Origin: a virus
Strand: one strand, 5' to 3'
DNA: 64,000 nucleotides
Virus record (IMG/VR): IMGVR_UViG_3300045988_123324
Span: 54,950 to 118,949 of that record
In this document: in pieces, positions 18,857 through 29,356 of the stretch
Layout of the letters: each line of letters starts with the position of its first letter
How positions within the stretch are numbered: the stretch's first letter is position 1
Made by a program: the position numbers and the translations under genes
The notes under the pieces: generated by a model
Seen by the model: the letters and a program-made list of their open reading frames with translations, nothing else
Databases searched by the model: none
What the model was told of the DNA's origin: nothing

Positions 18857-20074
18857 TTAATAATGTGGATCGTAAACTCCTTCGACCTTCTGCTTGCCAG
18901 ATGCTCTTGAAATCATCGTAAGTTTGTAATATGGATACTTTGGATGATTCTCGTAGTCTGTTAGGAAGTTGACTGTTAGTCCGAATGAACCAAAGTCCGT
19001 TCCAATAAGTCCACTGAGATCGCCGTCTGGTGTAATCTTGACGTGCCATGCCTCAAGATTGTAAAGTCCACCTATGTTTGGATCGCCCACGAATAGTAGT
19101 TCGCCCTCAATGTCTCCTGCATTTCCACCAGAAACAGTTGGGAACGCAGCCTTTGGAACAGTGGCAGAAACCTTTACGATGTCACCAGTCTTAATGCGAC
19201 TACCATCACGAATCTTGATAATACCAGCTCTGCTTTCCTGTGCATCCGTGAGGTAATCCTTACCGTCTTCATATATGCCGATTGATGCTGTTAGGACTGC
19301 TTCATTCATGTTTGCGTTTGCTGTGAATGTTTCACCAACACCAACAGTTGCTTTGATCGTTGCGCCGCTTGCAAGTGTAAATGTCTTTGTTAGTGTGCTT
19401 GCTGTTGTGACATTGAATGTCTGTGGAGCACCAACAAGTCCTTCCCTCACTTCTAGTGTTAGACCATCAAGATCACCACTTGCAGTTGGAGCAGTCTTTA
19501 CTGTGATAAATACACGAACATCATCTGTTCCAGAAAATGCGCCAGTTGATAATTCAAGAATACCGCCACCGTTATCCTTTAGTGTGTCATCTGGGTTCGT
19601 TGTTGTCTGAATACTCATATCAGATGTAACTGTTTTTGCCTTAAATGATGCAGGGATTGTGTTTGCAGGTTTAACTTTAATGTTACTTACATCAAAGTAT
19701 CTGTTTCCATCTGCGTCCGCAAGTTGAATGATTCCTGGAACACTTATTACTGTGTAAGGTTCATCAACAAGTGTCTTTGCCTGTTGCACTTGAACATTCT
19801 CTACACCGAAAAGACCGAGAGCAAGATTATATGGGTTATACTCATTAAGTGTTAGCTTTGCGCTAGGCTTAATTGCAGTAATAACAGAAGCCATTAGCTC
19901 GCGCTTCTTGTTCATTGAGCTGTTCTTCTCTACCTTATCAACGTCATTGGAGATTGTAAACTCCTCTACATTTCCAAGGTGGTGAAAGCCATTCGTATCG
20001 TCATTTCTCTTAAAGTAGAGAACGCCAGCCCCTACCATGAGATCTTCGGATACGCTAAATGCCTGATTTGACAA
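18857..20074 (-). CDS. virion structural protein (tail-tube or Ig-like domain candidate)
   Basis: 405-aa T/S/G/V-rich protein at the distal end of the head module. No specific motif was recognised. Confidence 0.35.
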   Translation of the reverse strand: MSNQAFSVSEDLMVGAGVLYFKRNDDTNGFHHLGNVEEFTISNDVDKVEKNSSMNKKRELMASVITAIKPSAKLTLNEYNPYNLALGLFGVENVQVQQAKTLVDEPYTVISVPGIIQLADADGNRYFDVSNIKVKPANTIPASFKAKTVTSDMSIQTTTNPDDTLKDNGGGILELSTGAFSGTDDVRVFITVKTAPTASGDLDGLTLEVREGLVGAPQTFNVTTASTLTKTFTLASGATIKATVGVGETFTANANMNEAVLTASIGIYEDGKDYLTDAQESRAGIIKIRDGSRIKTGDIVKVSATVPKAAFPTVSGGNAGDIEGELLFVGDPNIGGLYNLEAWHVKITPDGDLSGLIGTDFGSFGLTVNFLTDYENHPKYPYYKLTMISRASGKQKVEGVYDPHY

Positions 20075-20088
20075 AAGCTATTCCTCCT

Positions 20089-20565
20089 TTATTTATACCA
20101 TTCTATATTTATAACTAACCGATGCTGACTTACATTCATGTTTTCGTTCTCATCACCATCGCTCAAAATTCCTTGTAATGTTAGTTTAGACCCTATTCCT
20201 CTTTTTTGTAGATCTAGGTTAAACTTCCATAATAATTCACAAAATTCATTTTCAACATCATACATTTGCTTATAATTATTATCATTCATATCATATGCTG
20301 ATGTTGCTTGATTTGTAACATATATATCAACCCATAGCTCTACTATCGCGCCGTGTACTGATGCTTGTTTTCCAGCATCTTCTTCTGAACCAAATATTAT
20401 CCATATCGCAGGAAATTCACCTGTGTTCCCTTTTCCGACACGAATTTTAAGATTATCTCTATCTGTCATTCTATCAAATGGTCTTTTCCCATTTTTATAT
20501 TTATATGACTTTAGAAAATCTCTTAATCGTACTGCTATGTTATACCACTGTAAATCCTTTATCAT
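20089..20565 (-). CDS. head-tail joining or completion protein candidate
   Basis: Called from its position in the morphogenesis array. Confidence 0.35.
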   Translation of the reverse strand: MIKDLQWYNIAVRLRDFLKSYKYKNGKRPFDRMTDRDNLKIRVGKGNTGEFPAIWIIFGSEEDAGKQASVHGAIVELWVDIYVTNQATSAYDMNDNNYKQMYDVENEFCELLWKFNLDLQKRGIGSKLTLQGILSDGDENENMNVSQHRLVINIEWYK

Positions 20566-20568
20566 AAT

Positions 20569-20958
20569 TTAATTCCTTGAAATAGGCATTATTGCAGGAA
20601 ATGTTCTCTTTTTTAGCTTTTTGCCATTGGTAAATGTGTCTGCACTCAGTTGCTTTAATAAATCATCAAGTAACTCCTTGAATAATTTATATTTAAGTGC
20701 AAAACTATCATTATCAGCGCTCTTTCCAAGAGAAAACTGTGCCTTTCCCCAAGCCGCTGTCATATATGCCCAGAACATCCCTAATTGACTTACAAGAAAA
20801 GGTGTAGGTGTAGCAATTTGTTCTGGTTCAACACCATAACTCATAGCTATTGATTCTACATATGATGATGAGTCTCTAATTATCCTTGGAGTTACATATG
20901 TTTTTAATAGCGCGTCATCTAACATTTTTGTGTTAAAATAAACTCTATAATTTTCCAT
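20569..20958 (-). CDS. head-tail connector candidate
   Basis: Called from its position in the morphogenesis array. Confidence 0.35.
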   Translation of the reverse strand: MENYRVYFNTKMLDDALLKTYVTPRIIRDSSSYVESIAMSYGVEPEQIATPTPFLVSQLGMFWAYMTAAWGKAQFSLGKSADNDSFALKYKLFKELLDDLLKQLSADTFTNGKKLKKRTFPAIMPISRN

Positions 20959-21499
20959 CTAGTAACCTCCTGACTCCATCTTCAAATATATCATTCACCT
21001 TATCTATTGACTGGCTATAAGCATTTCCAAGAAAATCTTCGCCTCTCATACCCCTGATACTTCTCAGTACCCATTCTGTTGGTTCTAATGGTGGTTTAAA
21101 TCTTTTTCGATTAGTCCAAGGATTTATTACGCCTTTTTTAGAAAACCAGTGTAGTGCTTTTGCTCTCCTAGGAAATATTCTGCTATGTCTTATACCATAT
21201 AATCCAGTTCCTTCAAGAACCCATTTCCCATGTGGAGCAAGTTTTGTGTCAATATATACTCTGCCTATTCGCCCCTCTCTTGCTCTTGGCAAGACCATAT
21301 ATCTAATAGCACGTTCAAGATTTCCAGTTCTACTTGTAAAATCATGATTGCTTCGTGCTTTATCGCGAATATATTCACAAGAATCATGTAGACAGGACTT
21401 TAAGTACCTGTCTACATCGTCTTGTGTTAGAGTTATATCAGCCCGAACGCCTCCGCTATATACCACATCAATATGTGGTAATTTAGTTGGCACGCCCAT
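20945..21499 (-). CDS. HK97 gp10-like head completion protein
   Basis: TSRTGNLERAIRY...G..HSRIFPRRAKALHW pattern typical of the gp10 family. It lies directly after the capsid gene. Confidence 0.5.
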   Translation of the reverse strand: MGVPTKLPHIDVVYSGGVRADITLTQDDVDRYLKSCLHDSCEYIRDKARSNHDFTSRTGNLERAIRYMVLPRAREGRIGRVYIDTKLAPHGKWVLEGTGLYGIRHSRIFPRRAKALHWFSKKGVINPWTNRKRFKPPLEPTEWVLRSIRGMRGEDFLGNAYSQSIDKVNDIFEDGVRRLLDGKL

Positions 21500-21501
21500 T
21501 C

Positions 21502-22560
21502 TTAGTCAATCTTTGCGATAAGAATTGAGCCAGCACCACCATCAACGTCTGCGCCGAATGAAGGAAGACAAATCTGTGATACAATAACTTCGCGGTTTAC
21601 TGGATGGTCAATGAGACGTGTGTAAACTGCAACGCCCGTATCTGTAATTCTTGTATTCCCAGAAGTCTTTGCGTCTGTAAGAAGATCAATTTCCTCTGGT
21701 GTGGTACCAAATACCATGTTTCCTAGCTTGCCGCCAACAGGAAGGAGTGTGCAAACGCCCTCTGGATAGAATGGCTTACCAGCACCGCCAACTTCATCTG
21801 CATATGCAGCATCATTGATAAGAACTTGTAGACCAGTTGCATTAAGAATCAGATCCTTAACCTGTGGTGATGTTACAAGCTGATTTCCAATATTTGTTGC
21901 TGTTGGATAGAGAATAGCAATAGTTGATTCGCTCTTCTTAATGAGATTGAATGTCTTTGTATTCATTACAACATATCCCATTGGAACATGGAACTCTGTA
22001 CGGAAGTAATCAACCCAATCAATGAGATCCTGAATAGGCTTGCTGTGTACTGGATCAGTCCATGCAACACTTGCCTTAACATTCTGCTTTCTGCTGAGAT
22101 TGTAGTTATAGTCTAGCTTTACACCGTTGCCGTCAATCTTAACGTGACCCGTGGAAATAAGCTCCATAGCCATTCTCTCACGAGTTGCGCGAGAGCCGCG
22201 AAGAAGATTACCTGCATCATCAAAGATGCGTGTTACATAGCCACGAAGAATCTGGTCATTGCTGATTGCAAGAATCTGCTGACGAGTTTCCTCATCGACC
22301 TTCATTCTCTCACGGAAGAAAGGCATCTTCTGCTTTGTAACTTCGATTGAGAGACGATCTCTGTAAGTTGCCTGTGTGTCAAAAGCACTAGCCTTTAGAC
22401 GAACAGGAAGTCCAGCGCGACCGCCGACCTTGCTAAGTTCTAGCCCCTGAATCTTTGTTGCAGGGAAAAGCATTTCTCCCATATATGCTGTCTGATCTGC
22501 CTTTGAGTTATCCCAATATGCTAGAATATTAGCAGGTGTTATATAATCAAAAAAATTCAT
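21502..22560 (-). CDS. major capsid protein (lambda gpE / Phage_cap_E family)
   Basis: N-terminal ...YMGEMLFPATKIQGLELSKVGGRAGLPVRLKASAFDTQATYRDR matches the E-family signature as remembered. Size is 352 aa. Confidence 0.7.
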   Translation of the reverse strand: MNFFDYITPANILAYWDNSKADQTAYMGEMLFPATKIQGLELSKVGGRAGLPVRLKASAFDTQATYRDRLSIEVTKQKMPFFRERMKVDEETRQQILAISNDQILRGYVTRIFDDAGNLLRGSRATRERMAMELISTGHVKIDGNGVKLDYNYNLSRKQNVKASVAWTDPVHSKPIQDLIDWVDYFRTEFHVPMGYVVMNTKTFNLIKKSESTIAILYPTATNIGNQLVTSPQVKDLILNATGLQVLINDAAYADEVGGAGKPFYPEGVCTLLPVGGKLGNMVFGTTPEEIDLLTDAKTSGNTRITDTGVAVYTRLIDHPVNREVIVSQICLPSFGADVDGGAGSILIAKID

Positions 22561-22587
22561 ACTATTAAAATTCCTCCTTTATGTTAA

Positions 22588-23328
22588 TTAGTCCTTGCGA
22601 CCAAATACAATGTGTGGTAGCTTTGCCTTAACTGCACCACCAGGTTCGCCCTGTGGTAGATTATCCACATTAATGTATCCGTGAATAATAAGTGCGCCAG
22701 TAGCTTCGCCCTGTGTTACATCTACGCTATGATAAAGGATTCCGTCAATATCACTAGAAACTGCCATAGCGCCACCACCAGCAAGAGGAGCTGATGCAGC
22801 GACCGCCGCAACTGTATCTTCATCTACACCAGAAACAAGTTCTGCAACTACATATGTGTTTGCCTCTGTGTCATTGTTGATAAGCTCAACTAGCTTTCCA
22901 TATGTTGTCTTAACTGTGCCGTCTGCCTTGCAAGCGAGATTAACCTTGATTGCCTTTGTAACACCACCAGTAACCTCAACAGAAGCATTTGATACTGCAT
23001 GACCAGTTGGAACATAAAATTCTACTGTATGTGCAACTGCGCCATCCTGCTTTGCTGTTAGTTTAACACTTGCATTAACTGTTAGTGCCGCCCGTGTTAC
23101 TGTTGGTACAACTTCCTTTGCAACCTGCTGTGGGTTGACAAGCAAGCTACCGCTTGAACCATAAAGATACGTGCCATAGGGGATAATATAACGCCCCTTG
23201 TCTGTTGGCTGTAGCCCCGCAACTGTGTCCTTGTTTACTGTGACAGGGCGTGCAATATACCCTTCGCCAACAAGAAGTAGTTCCTTATCGAAACCATCAA
23301 ACTTCTTTGTCTTAATTTGTATTGCCAT
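22588..23328 (-). CDS. head decoration or auxiliary capsid protein candidate
   Basis: 246-aa A/V/G/T-rich protein immediately upstream of the capsid gene. Confidence 0.35.
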   Translation of the reverse strand: MAIQIKTKKFDGFDKELLLVGEGYIARPVTVNKDTVAGLQPTDKGRYIIPYGTYLYGSSGSLLVNPQQVAKEVVPTVTRAALTVNASVKLTAKQDGAVAHTVEFYVPTGHAVSNASVEVTGGVTKAIKVNLACKADGTVKTTYGKLVELINNDTEANTYVVAELVSGVDEDTVAAVAASAPLAGGGAMAVSSDIDGILYHSVDVTQGEATGALIIHGYINVDNLPQGEPGGAVKAKLPHIVFGRKD

Positions 23329-23349
23329 ATTTTATATGACCTCCTTTGT

Positions 23350-24417
23350 TTATGTTTTATTCCACAATGTCTTACCACACCTATATACAAGAAATCCATT
23401 ATAGTTATAGGATGTCGGTTCGACTTGCCCCATTTCTTTGTACCCAAAGTTTTGTAACCATAACCCATTATCCCAATCATTATCGGTTGTGGTAATCGTT
23501 GACCTTGGTACAACTCTATTCTCATTGTTTGTAACAATGTCAAATATTCTGCTAAAAATTTCTTTTTTATTATTTAAATAATCAATATCAAAAATAGTTA
23601 TCAGCCTTATTCCAAGAGACTTTGCTAAAAGGAACTTGTCTCTGTGGTAATATTTATCTTTATTTGAAAAAGTTCCATTCTCTGTGGCGTGACACCAACT
23701 ACCATTATACTCAATTCCGATTCTTAATTCTGGTATGTATATATCTATTTCTTTTCCATTTAAGACTCTTGACTTTTTAATATCAATACCAAGCAAAATT
23801 CCTTGAAGATATTCAAATAATTCAACCTCTGGTTTTGATGTTTTATTAAGCATCCTCAAACATCCGCAACTCGTTGTGTGTCCAGATTTTAAGTGGTCTA
23901 TTGCAACAACAGTTTCATTGCCACAGTCACATTTACATTTCCAAAATGTTTTAGTATCAACATGATCTTCAGATAAAACTAATAATCTATTAAATCTCAT
24001 TCCAGTTAAATCAACAAAATTACTTCTTCTTTTATTTTTTAGACAACCACAAGATTTAACAGTTCCAGAAACAAGTCTATCTTGCACAACATCAATCGTT
24101 CCACCGCAATCACATTTACAGTGCCAGTATGATCTTCCTTTACGGCGTTTATCTTTCTTATACCCAAGAAATGAATCAACAATAAGATTTCCAAACCGTT
24201 TTCCAACCATATTGGCAGTATTTGCTTCTCTTGCCCTTTCTACTGTTATACATCCGCAAGATTTGACATGACCGTTTCTAAGATGTGCTGTTTTAACAAA
24301 CACTTCATTACCACAATCACACTCGCATCTCCAATACTTTGCACCATCTTTAGAATATGCAAACTCAATCACAGTGAGGTTATTGAACTTTTGTCCTGTT
24401 AAATCTATCAATTTCAT
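23350..24417 (-). CDS. free-standing homing-endonuclease-like protein: three tandem zinc-ribbon modules plus a Vsr/DUF559-like nuclease (paralog of 17081-18760)
   Basis: Three W.C.CDCG...SCGC modules followed by GKEIDIYIPELRIGIEYNGSWCH...DKYYHRDKF. It is inserted between the scaffold and decoration genes. Confidence 0.6.
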   Translation of the reverse strand: MKLIDLTGQKFNNLTVIEFAYSKDGAKYWRCECDCGNEVFVKTAHLRNGHVKSCGCITVERAREANTANMVGKRFGNLIVDSFLGYKKDKRRKGRSYWHCKCDCGGTIDVVQDRLVSGTVKSCGCLKNKRRSNFVDLTGMRFNRLLVLSEDHVDTKTFWKCKCDCGNETVVAIDHLKSGHTTSCGCLRMLNKTSKPEVELFEYLQGILLGIDIKKSRVLNGKEIDIYIPELRIGIEYNGSWCHATENGTFSNKDKYYHRDKFLLAKSLGIRLITIFDIDYLNNKKEIFSRIFDIVTNNENRVVPRSTITTTDNDWDNGLWLQNFGYKEMGQVEPTSYNYNGFLVYRCGKTLWNKT

Positions 24418-24472
24418 GTGCATACATCCTTTCAAATATTTCTATTTTACTATATATGCACTACTTTGTCAA

Positions 24473-25237
24473 TCAACCAAACATATCTCCTAATGACTTT
24501 GTTTCTCCATTTCCACTCTGACCCTTCTTATCTGCGATCATAGCCTTAACGAAGTCATCTACGCCACTATCATCTTTCTTTCCCCCATTTGCGCCAGAAC
24601 CACTTCCAGCACCACCACGGGTCTCTTTCTGTACGAACTCTGGATTAGCCTTTGCCCAATCTGCAATACCATCTACAACAGAAATTTCATTTCCTGCGGC
24701 ATCCTTCATTGTAAGTGTTGAACCATCCTTATCAACGTCAACCTTCCCAAAGAATAGGTCAATCATCTGCTCTGGCTTGATTATCCGATTTGATACAAGG
24801 GCTTTCTGTATGGCATCACGCTTTACTGCATTAATTCGCTGTGTCTTTTCACTCTCAAGCTGATCTGAAAGTTCCCTCACAGTTGTATTTGCCTTTTCAA
24901 GCTCTCTTTGAGCCTTTGTGAAATCACGCTTTAGGATTTTAATTTCTTCTGGTGTTGTTCCACCACCAGCTTCCTTTACGAGCTTGTCCTTGACATCATC
25001 AAGCATCTTGTCAAAATCCTCTGTTTCAAGATTGAGATCAAATGCCTTTGAAACAATGTCAAACTTTTCTGATGTTTCCTTTAGCTTTGCTTGTTCATCT
25101 TCAAGCGTCTTTACCTTCTTATTCGCCGTGTTGAGTAGCTTAGTAATCGCATTAAATTCCTTTGTAATGGTTGCTACCTTTTCCTTGTTCTCTTCTCCCT
25201 CAAGACCAAGTGCTTTAATAAGTTCTTCCAGTGTCAT
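24473..25237 (-). CDS. scaffolding protein
   Basis: Acidic coiled-coil protein of 254 aa located between the portal and capsid genes. Confidence 0.55.
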   Translation of the reverse strand: MTLEELIKALGLEGEENKEKVATITKEFNAITKLLNTANKKVKTLEDEQAKLKETSEKFDIVSKAFDLNLETEDFDKMLDDVKDKLVKEAGGGTTPEEIKILKRDFTKAQRELEKANTTVRELSDQLESEKTQRINAVKRDAIQKALVSNRIIKPEQMIDLFFGKVDVDKDGSTLTMKDAAGNEISVVDGIADWAKANPEFVQKETRGGAGSGSGANGGKKDDSGVDDFVKAMIADKKGQSGNGETKSLGDMFG

Positions 25238-25318
25238 GTTCTTCCTCCATTTTGTCCTAATATAATTCTAATTTATATTATACTGTATTTCTATACAAAT
25301 GTCAACAACTATGTGTCA

Positions 25319-26821
25319 TTACATACCAGTTGGTTGAACAACGCTTACCTGTCCTGGTTCTAGTGGCTGTTTTCCTGTTGGACTCTTTTCCACACTTTCA
25401 ACAAGTTTATCCACAATATTTGCATCAACATCTTTAAGCGTTGCTCTTACAACTTGCTTACGCATTTCTTCATTATACTCTTCAGAGATATTCATTGTTA
25501 GTGCTGATGTTGCATTAGCAAGTGTTGTAGCGGCATCAATAATACCATATTGATTATTATACACAACAGAAAATTCTTTCATATCTTCATTCATATATTT
25601 TGAAAATACATACATTATAGACTTTTCTGCTTCTTGTAAACCTTGTCCTAATTCGCTAATAGTTTGAAATAGCTGTTGATTATCCCACTCACGAGCGGTT
25701 CCACTAACATTATACTGATTTACGCCAGTAGTCATTTGTAGTGTTGCCATCCTATAAATTTCCTTTATGCAGAAATTTATCTCATTCATGATAATATCGC
25801 TAGAATCTGATGGTGGAGTTATAAACTCTGGCTTTGCCGCGCTTTTTCCTCCACGATACATTATCATGTCGGCAGTACCATATCTTAATGGTTCATCTCC
25901 ATTTTCATAATCATCTTCATCTGCGATTGGATATGTGAGTAATGAAAATGCTTGTGCTCTATTTCTTTCTCTAAGCTCTGAGCACGCATTATATAGGGCA
26001 TGATTCGTTCTTGCTATAGCATACAGATCCGACTGTGGTATTAAATTATTACTGTCATTGATAGCCCCATATAAAGGTATTATTGGAATGATTCCAACAG
26101 GATTCTGGAAGGACTGTGTTTCGCCATCAACAACTTTCTTACATACCGTATTTGTCCACGTCCATGTCTCTGGTTTATTTACCGCATTTCCGTCTTTATC
26201 AAGAACATAATTATCTATAGTATATGAAATACTGACAAGTCTGCCAAGTTTATCAGTATACCAGTTTGTTACTTGTGCAGGACTTACAAGATAGAGATAA
26301 GGATATAGTCGCTGATCCACAACGTCTTTTTCTGTAAGTAATCTATCTTCTTCTACTTGTTCCATGTCTACAACAATAAACTCAACACCATGTAGTTTTG
26401 CCCTAATTGCCGCCTTTTTCATAAATCTTGTAAGTGTTGTCTTTTTTCCATCAACATCTTTTTCAAACAAAGATGCAGTTGAAGATAATCCACTTCGCAT
26501 TGGCTCTGTCTTAAATATAGGATTAACATGAGCATCTACAACTGGTTTTACATAGTTAATAAAATAGCTCATATTCTTTCTTCGCACATATTTTTCTGTT
26601 CTTTCACTAGGATGTGGAATAAGATATTCTCCTGTCTCAAATCCACCAGATGCCCTATATGCGTTATCGAGAAGTTCATATTTTCCTATTAGTTGTCCAT
26701 TGTAACTAGCAAGCATAGAAAGTTGTTTTATTAGTTCACTTTGTTGTTCTTCTACTTCTAAAAACGTATGAACTGAACCGCCAGCTTCTAATACTGTTCT
26801 TTTTTCTCCTATTTGTGACAA
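25319..26821 (-). CDS. portal protein
   Basis: 500-aa protein directly after terL. TTG start with AGGAGG 6 nt upstream. Confidence 0.6.
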   Translation of the reverse strand: MSQIGEKRTVLEAGGSVHTFLEVEEQQSELIKQLSMLASYNGQLIGKYELLDNAYRASGGFETGEYLIPHPSERTEKYVRRKNMSYFINYVKPVVDAHVNPIFKTEPMRSGLSSTASLFEKDVDGKKTTLTRFMKKAAIRAKLHGVEFIVVDMEQVEEDRLLTEKDVVDQRLYPYLYLVSPAQVTNWYTDKLGRLVSISYTIDNYVLDKDGNAVNKPETWTWTNTVCKKVVDGETQSFQNPVGIIPIIPLYGAINDSNNLIPQSDLYAIARTNHALYNACSELRERNRAQAFSLLTYPIADEDDYENGDEPLRYGTADMIMYRGGKSAAKPEFITPPSDSSDIIMNEINFCIKEIYRMATLQMTTGVNQYNVSGTAREWDNQQLFQTISELGQGLQEAEKSIMYVFSKYMNEDMKEFSVVYNNQYGIIDAATTLANATSALTMNISEEYNEEMRKQVVRATLKDVDANIVDKLVESVEKSPTGKQPLEPGQVSVVQPTGM

Positions 26822-26839
26822 ATTATTCCTCCTCTCTTA

Positions 26840-28588
26840 TTAGAATCCTACAATTCTTGTTGCATCACTTATTTTTGACTTTGGTTGCATATACATCACA
26901 CCATACCTAAGTGCATCACAATTATGTATAATAATATCTGACGTAGTGACTGCAAAACAATGAGTATCTTCTACCTCCATATTATATACATCTTCGTTTT
27001 CATGTTTATCTATATGAACAAGTTTTGTATGTGATACTGATGTTTTAATCAAATCTTCTGTTGTAATGTCTTTTGCCTCTACCCAACCACGATTTACTGT
27101 CAAAATCCTATGATCTGGTGTAACATTCAATATGTCTCTTGTATCAAATACAAGAGAAATTACTTCTGTATCTTTTCTTGTCATATGAACATCAAAGAAT
27201 CTTCTCGTGCAACAATATCCATTTTCATCACATGTGATAAGTTCTCCTGTTTTTCCAACGAGATCTTCTATTGGTATATAACCTTCTGTTGTATTTATCA
27301 ATGTATCACCAGTTATGCAGGCGTGATCGTCAACCTTACGAGGAAGATCGACTCCCCTAAGTTGCGCTTTCTCATCCCAAACGTATGTCTGTAGCTCTCT
27401 TATGAGATTTTCACACTGTTCCTCTATCAATATTTTTCCTTGTCCCATGTCAGACGCAACTGTCCTTATTCCTGGGAGAACATCATTTATAGCATTTTTT
27501 GTTTTCATGTGAAATCTTCGTGCCTGTAGTTTAAAACTACTTGCAGAAGGGTCAACAACTACAACAATCTGTCTGTATGTTCTCTGTGTTAATTCTGTTT
27601 CTTCGTTTATAAAATCTCTTAGATCATTTACATATTCTATATCTGTTTTTTGTGCTTCTTGGTTTCCGTCCTCTTCTTTTACTGCGGCTCGTCCATCAAA
27701 ATAATATTCTTTGCATACATATATAGTATTATCTATGGTCTTACCGAGCAGTAAAAATGCTGTCGGGTTTGCTGTGCCTATATCACAACACACACACCAA
27801 TCTATTATATCTTCATACGGAATATCCGATTGCTTTATGACATGTTCTTTTTTCTTAAACATATCATATATCAATCCGTCTGCAACCACCCATTTGCCTT
27901 CAATGTATCGTTTTGCAAACACGCCACTAAAATTTTTCTTATATCTATCAAGAACATCTTGTGGTAATGATAAATTATCTTCCATATTAAAATGAACGTA
28001 TAATCCATCTTTCTCTCTTAGTTTCTTTAATACATTCTTATAAAACCAATGATGTGGAGAAGATGGGTTACAATTTATAAACAACTTTGCTCCATCAATA
28101 GATAAACGAGATACTGCTTGATTGTAAAAAGACTCTGGCATTAGAACTGCTTCGTCTAGCAAAAGACCTGCAAGTGTCATACCTTGAATGAGATCTTGTG
28201 ATGATTCGTCCTTACCACCAAAGATAAAGAAGTAATTTACTACCTCACACTTAATTATTTCTATGTAGTTCTCTGATCTGTGTTCAATAACATCATAATC
28301 TAATGCCATAAGCATCTGTTTCAATGTCATAAGCACGTTTCTTCTGAACGATCCTACTGATTTACCACACATCGCAGCATTTTGTTGATTAAACGTGTTC
28401 ATCATAAACAAAACAAAGGATAACGCCATGCTTACTGTCTTTCCGCTGCGAATCGCGCCGTCAGCAATAAGCATAAACGAATCATTTACTGGCGATTTTT
28501 CTGTCCACCAACTTAGAACCTTTAATTGCTTGTTTGAAAAGGGTTTAAATTTAAATGCTGATAATTTCAGTTTCTTGTTATTAGCCAT
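26840..28588 (-). CDS. terL: terminase large subunit (contains a mini-intein)
   Basis: Walker A DGAIRSGKT, Walker B LLLDEA, and nuclease motifs ...VVVDPS... and DDHA|intein|CDALRY. Confidence 0.85.
   Translation of the reverse strand: MANNKKLKLSAFKFKPFSNKQLKVLSWWTEKSPVNDSFMLIADGAIRSGKTVSMALSFVLFMMNTFNQQNAAMCGKSVGSFRRNVLMTLKQMLMALDYDVIEHRSENYIEIIKCEVVNYFFIFGGKDESSQDLIQGMTLAGLLLDEAVLMPESFYNQAVSRLSIDGAKLFINCNPSSPHHWFYKNVLKKLREKDGLYVHFNMEDNLSLPQDVLDRYKKNFSGVFAKRYIEGKWVVADGLIYDMFKKKEHVIKQSDIPYEDIIDWCVCCDIGTANPTAFLLLGKTIDNTIYVCKEYYFDGRAAVKEEDGNQEAQKTDIEYVNDLRDFINEETELTQRTYRQIVVVVDPSASSFKLQARRFHMKTKNAINDVLPGIRTVASDMGQGKILIEEQCENLIRELQTYVWDEKAQLRGVDLPRKVDDHACITGDTLINTTEGYIPIEDLVGKTGELITCDENGYCCTRRFFDVHMTRKDTEVISLVFDTRDILNVTPDHRILTVNRGWVEAKDITTEDLIKTSVSHTKLVHIDKHENEDVYNMEVEDTHCFAVTTSDIIIHNCDALRYGVMYMQPKSKISDATRIVGF
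26921..27319 (-). mobile_element. 133-aa mini-intein (Hint domain, no endonuclease) in the TerL nuclease domain
   Basis: It begins CITGDTLINT and ends DIIIHN, followed by +1 Cys. It contains a TPDH block-B-like motif and interrupts the conserved DDHA-x-DALRY motif. Confidence 0.8.
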
Positions 28589-29258
28589 CTTCCTTTAATG
28601 CCTCATCAAGGTCACTATACACATTATCACCTGTCCATGTATCATCAATTCTTCCAGTAATGGCATCGAGTATTCTGCTATCTTCTTTTGCCTTATTATC
28701 CTTCTCTGCTTGCCACTCCATAAAGTCTTTTATTTTATCCCAACATGAAAGTTTATCTACAAGCTGTATAGTAACTCCATCTTTACCCTGTTTGATACTA
28801 CTGACAAGAGACATATCCAAATCTTTACTGTTATTTAAGAATACTCTGCTTCTTTTATTTGTGATTGGTTCGCCAGTATCCATATTTAGAACTGGATTTC
28901 CTTCTTTATCAAGAACTGGCTTTTCTTCTTCCTCTACTCTTACATAATCTCCTATATTTGCATTTGCAGCTTTTAGAAGAAATTCTATGTACTGTGTTGG
29001 ATCAATATCAAAACCAACTGACATTATCTTTCTTGCTCGCTTTATCGCCGCTCTAATATGTGGTCTTTGTAGTAGTTCACAAGCCTTAACTCTTGATGTT
29101 GTTATATTATCCATATTATATGCCTTGCGATAACTCTGAGCACCGTTGTATGATTCTAAATACAGAAGTAGGAATGTCTTTTCATTCTCAGTCATATCAC
29201 TTCCAAATATTTCTTCAAAAATTTTATCATTTACAACTTCTTTTACGTCTTTTCCCAT
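28581..29258 (-). CDS. terS: terminase small subunit
   Basis: NGAQSYRKAYN....RVKACELLQRPHIRAAI pattern (Terminase_2-like). AAGGAG RBS. Confidence 0.7.
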   Translation of the reverse strand: MGKDVKEVVNDKIFEEIFGSDMTENEKTFLLLYLESYNGAQSYRKAYNMDNITTSRVKACELLQRPHIRAAIKRARKIMSVGFDIDPTQYIEFLLKAANANIGDYVRVEEEEKPVLDKEGNPVLNMDTGEPITNKRSRVFLNNSKDLDMSLVSSIKQGKDGVTIQLVDKLSCWDKIKDFMEWQAEKDNKAKEDSRILDAITGRIDDTWTGDNVYSDLDEALKEDG

Positions 29259-29288
29259 ATGCAATCTCCTTTCTAAATATTATATTTA

Positions 29289-29317
29289 ATTATAACACAA
29301 TTAATTTGTAAAGTCAA
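29289..29317 (-). promoter_or_regulatory. sigma-A-type promoter for terS
   Basis: Minus strand TTGACT, 17-nt spacer, TATAAT. Confidence 0.6.
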
Positions 29318-29321
29318 TAGA

Positions 29322-29356
29322 AAACACAAAAAGCCCACCATTTCTGGTGAGCCTTA
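29322..29356 (-). terminator. intrinsic terminator
   Basis: Minus strand GGCUCACCA-GAAA-UGGUGGGCU followed by UUUUGUGUUUU. Confidence 0.7.

Noticed and set aside
18714-19049. The 111-aa minus-strand ORF overlapping both the structural gene and the endonuclease gene.
   Set aside because: It lies in an alternative frame of two well-supported genes and has no RBS.
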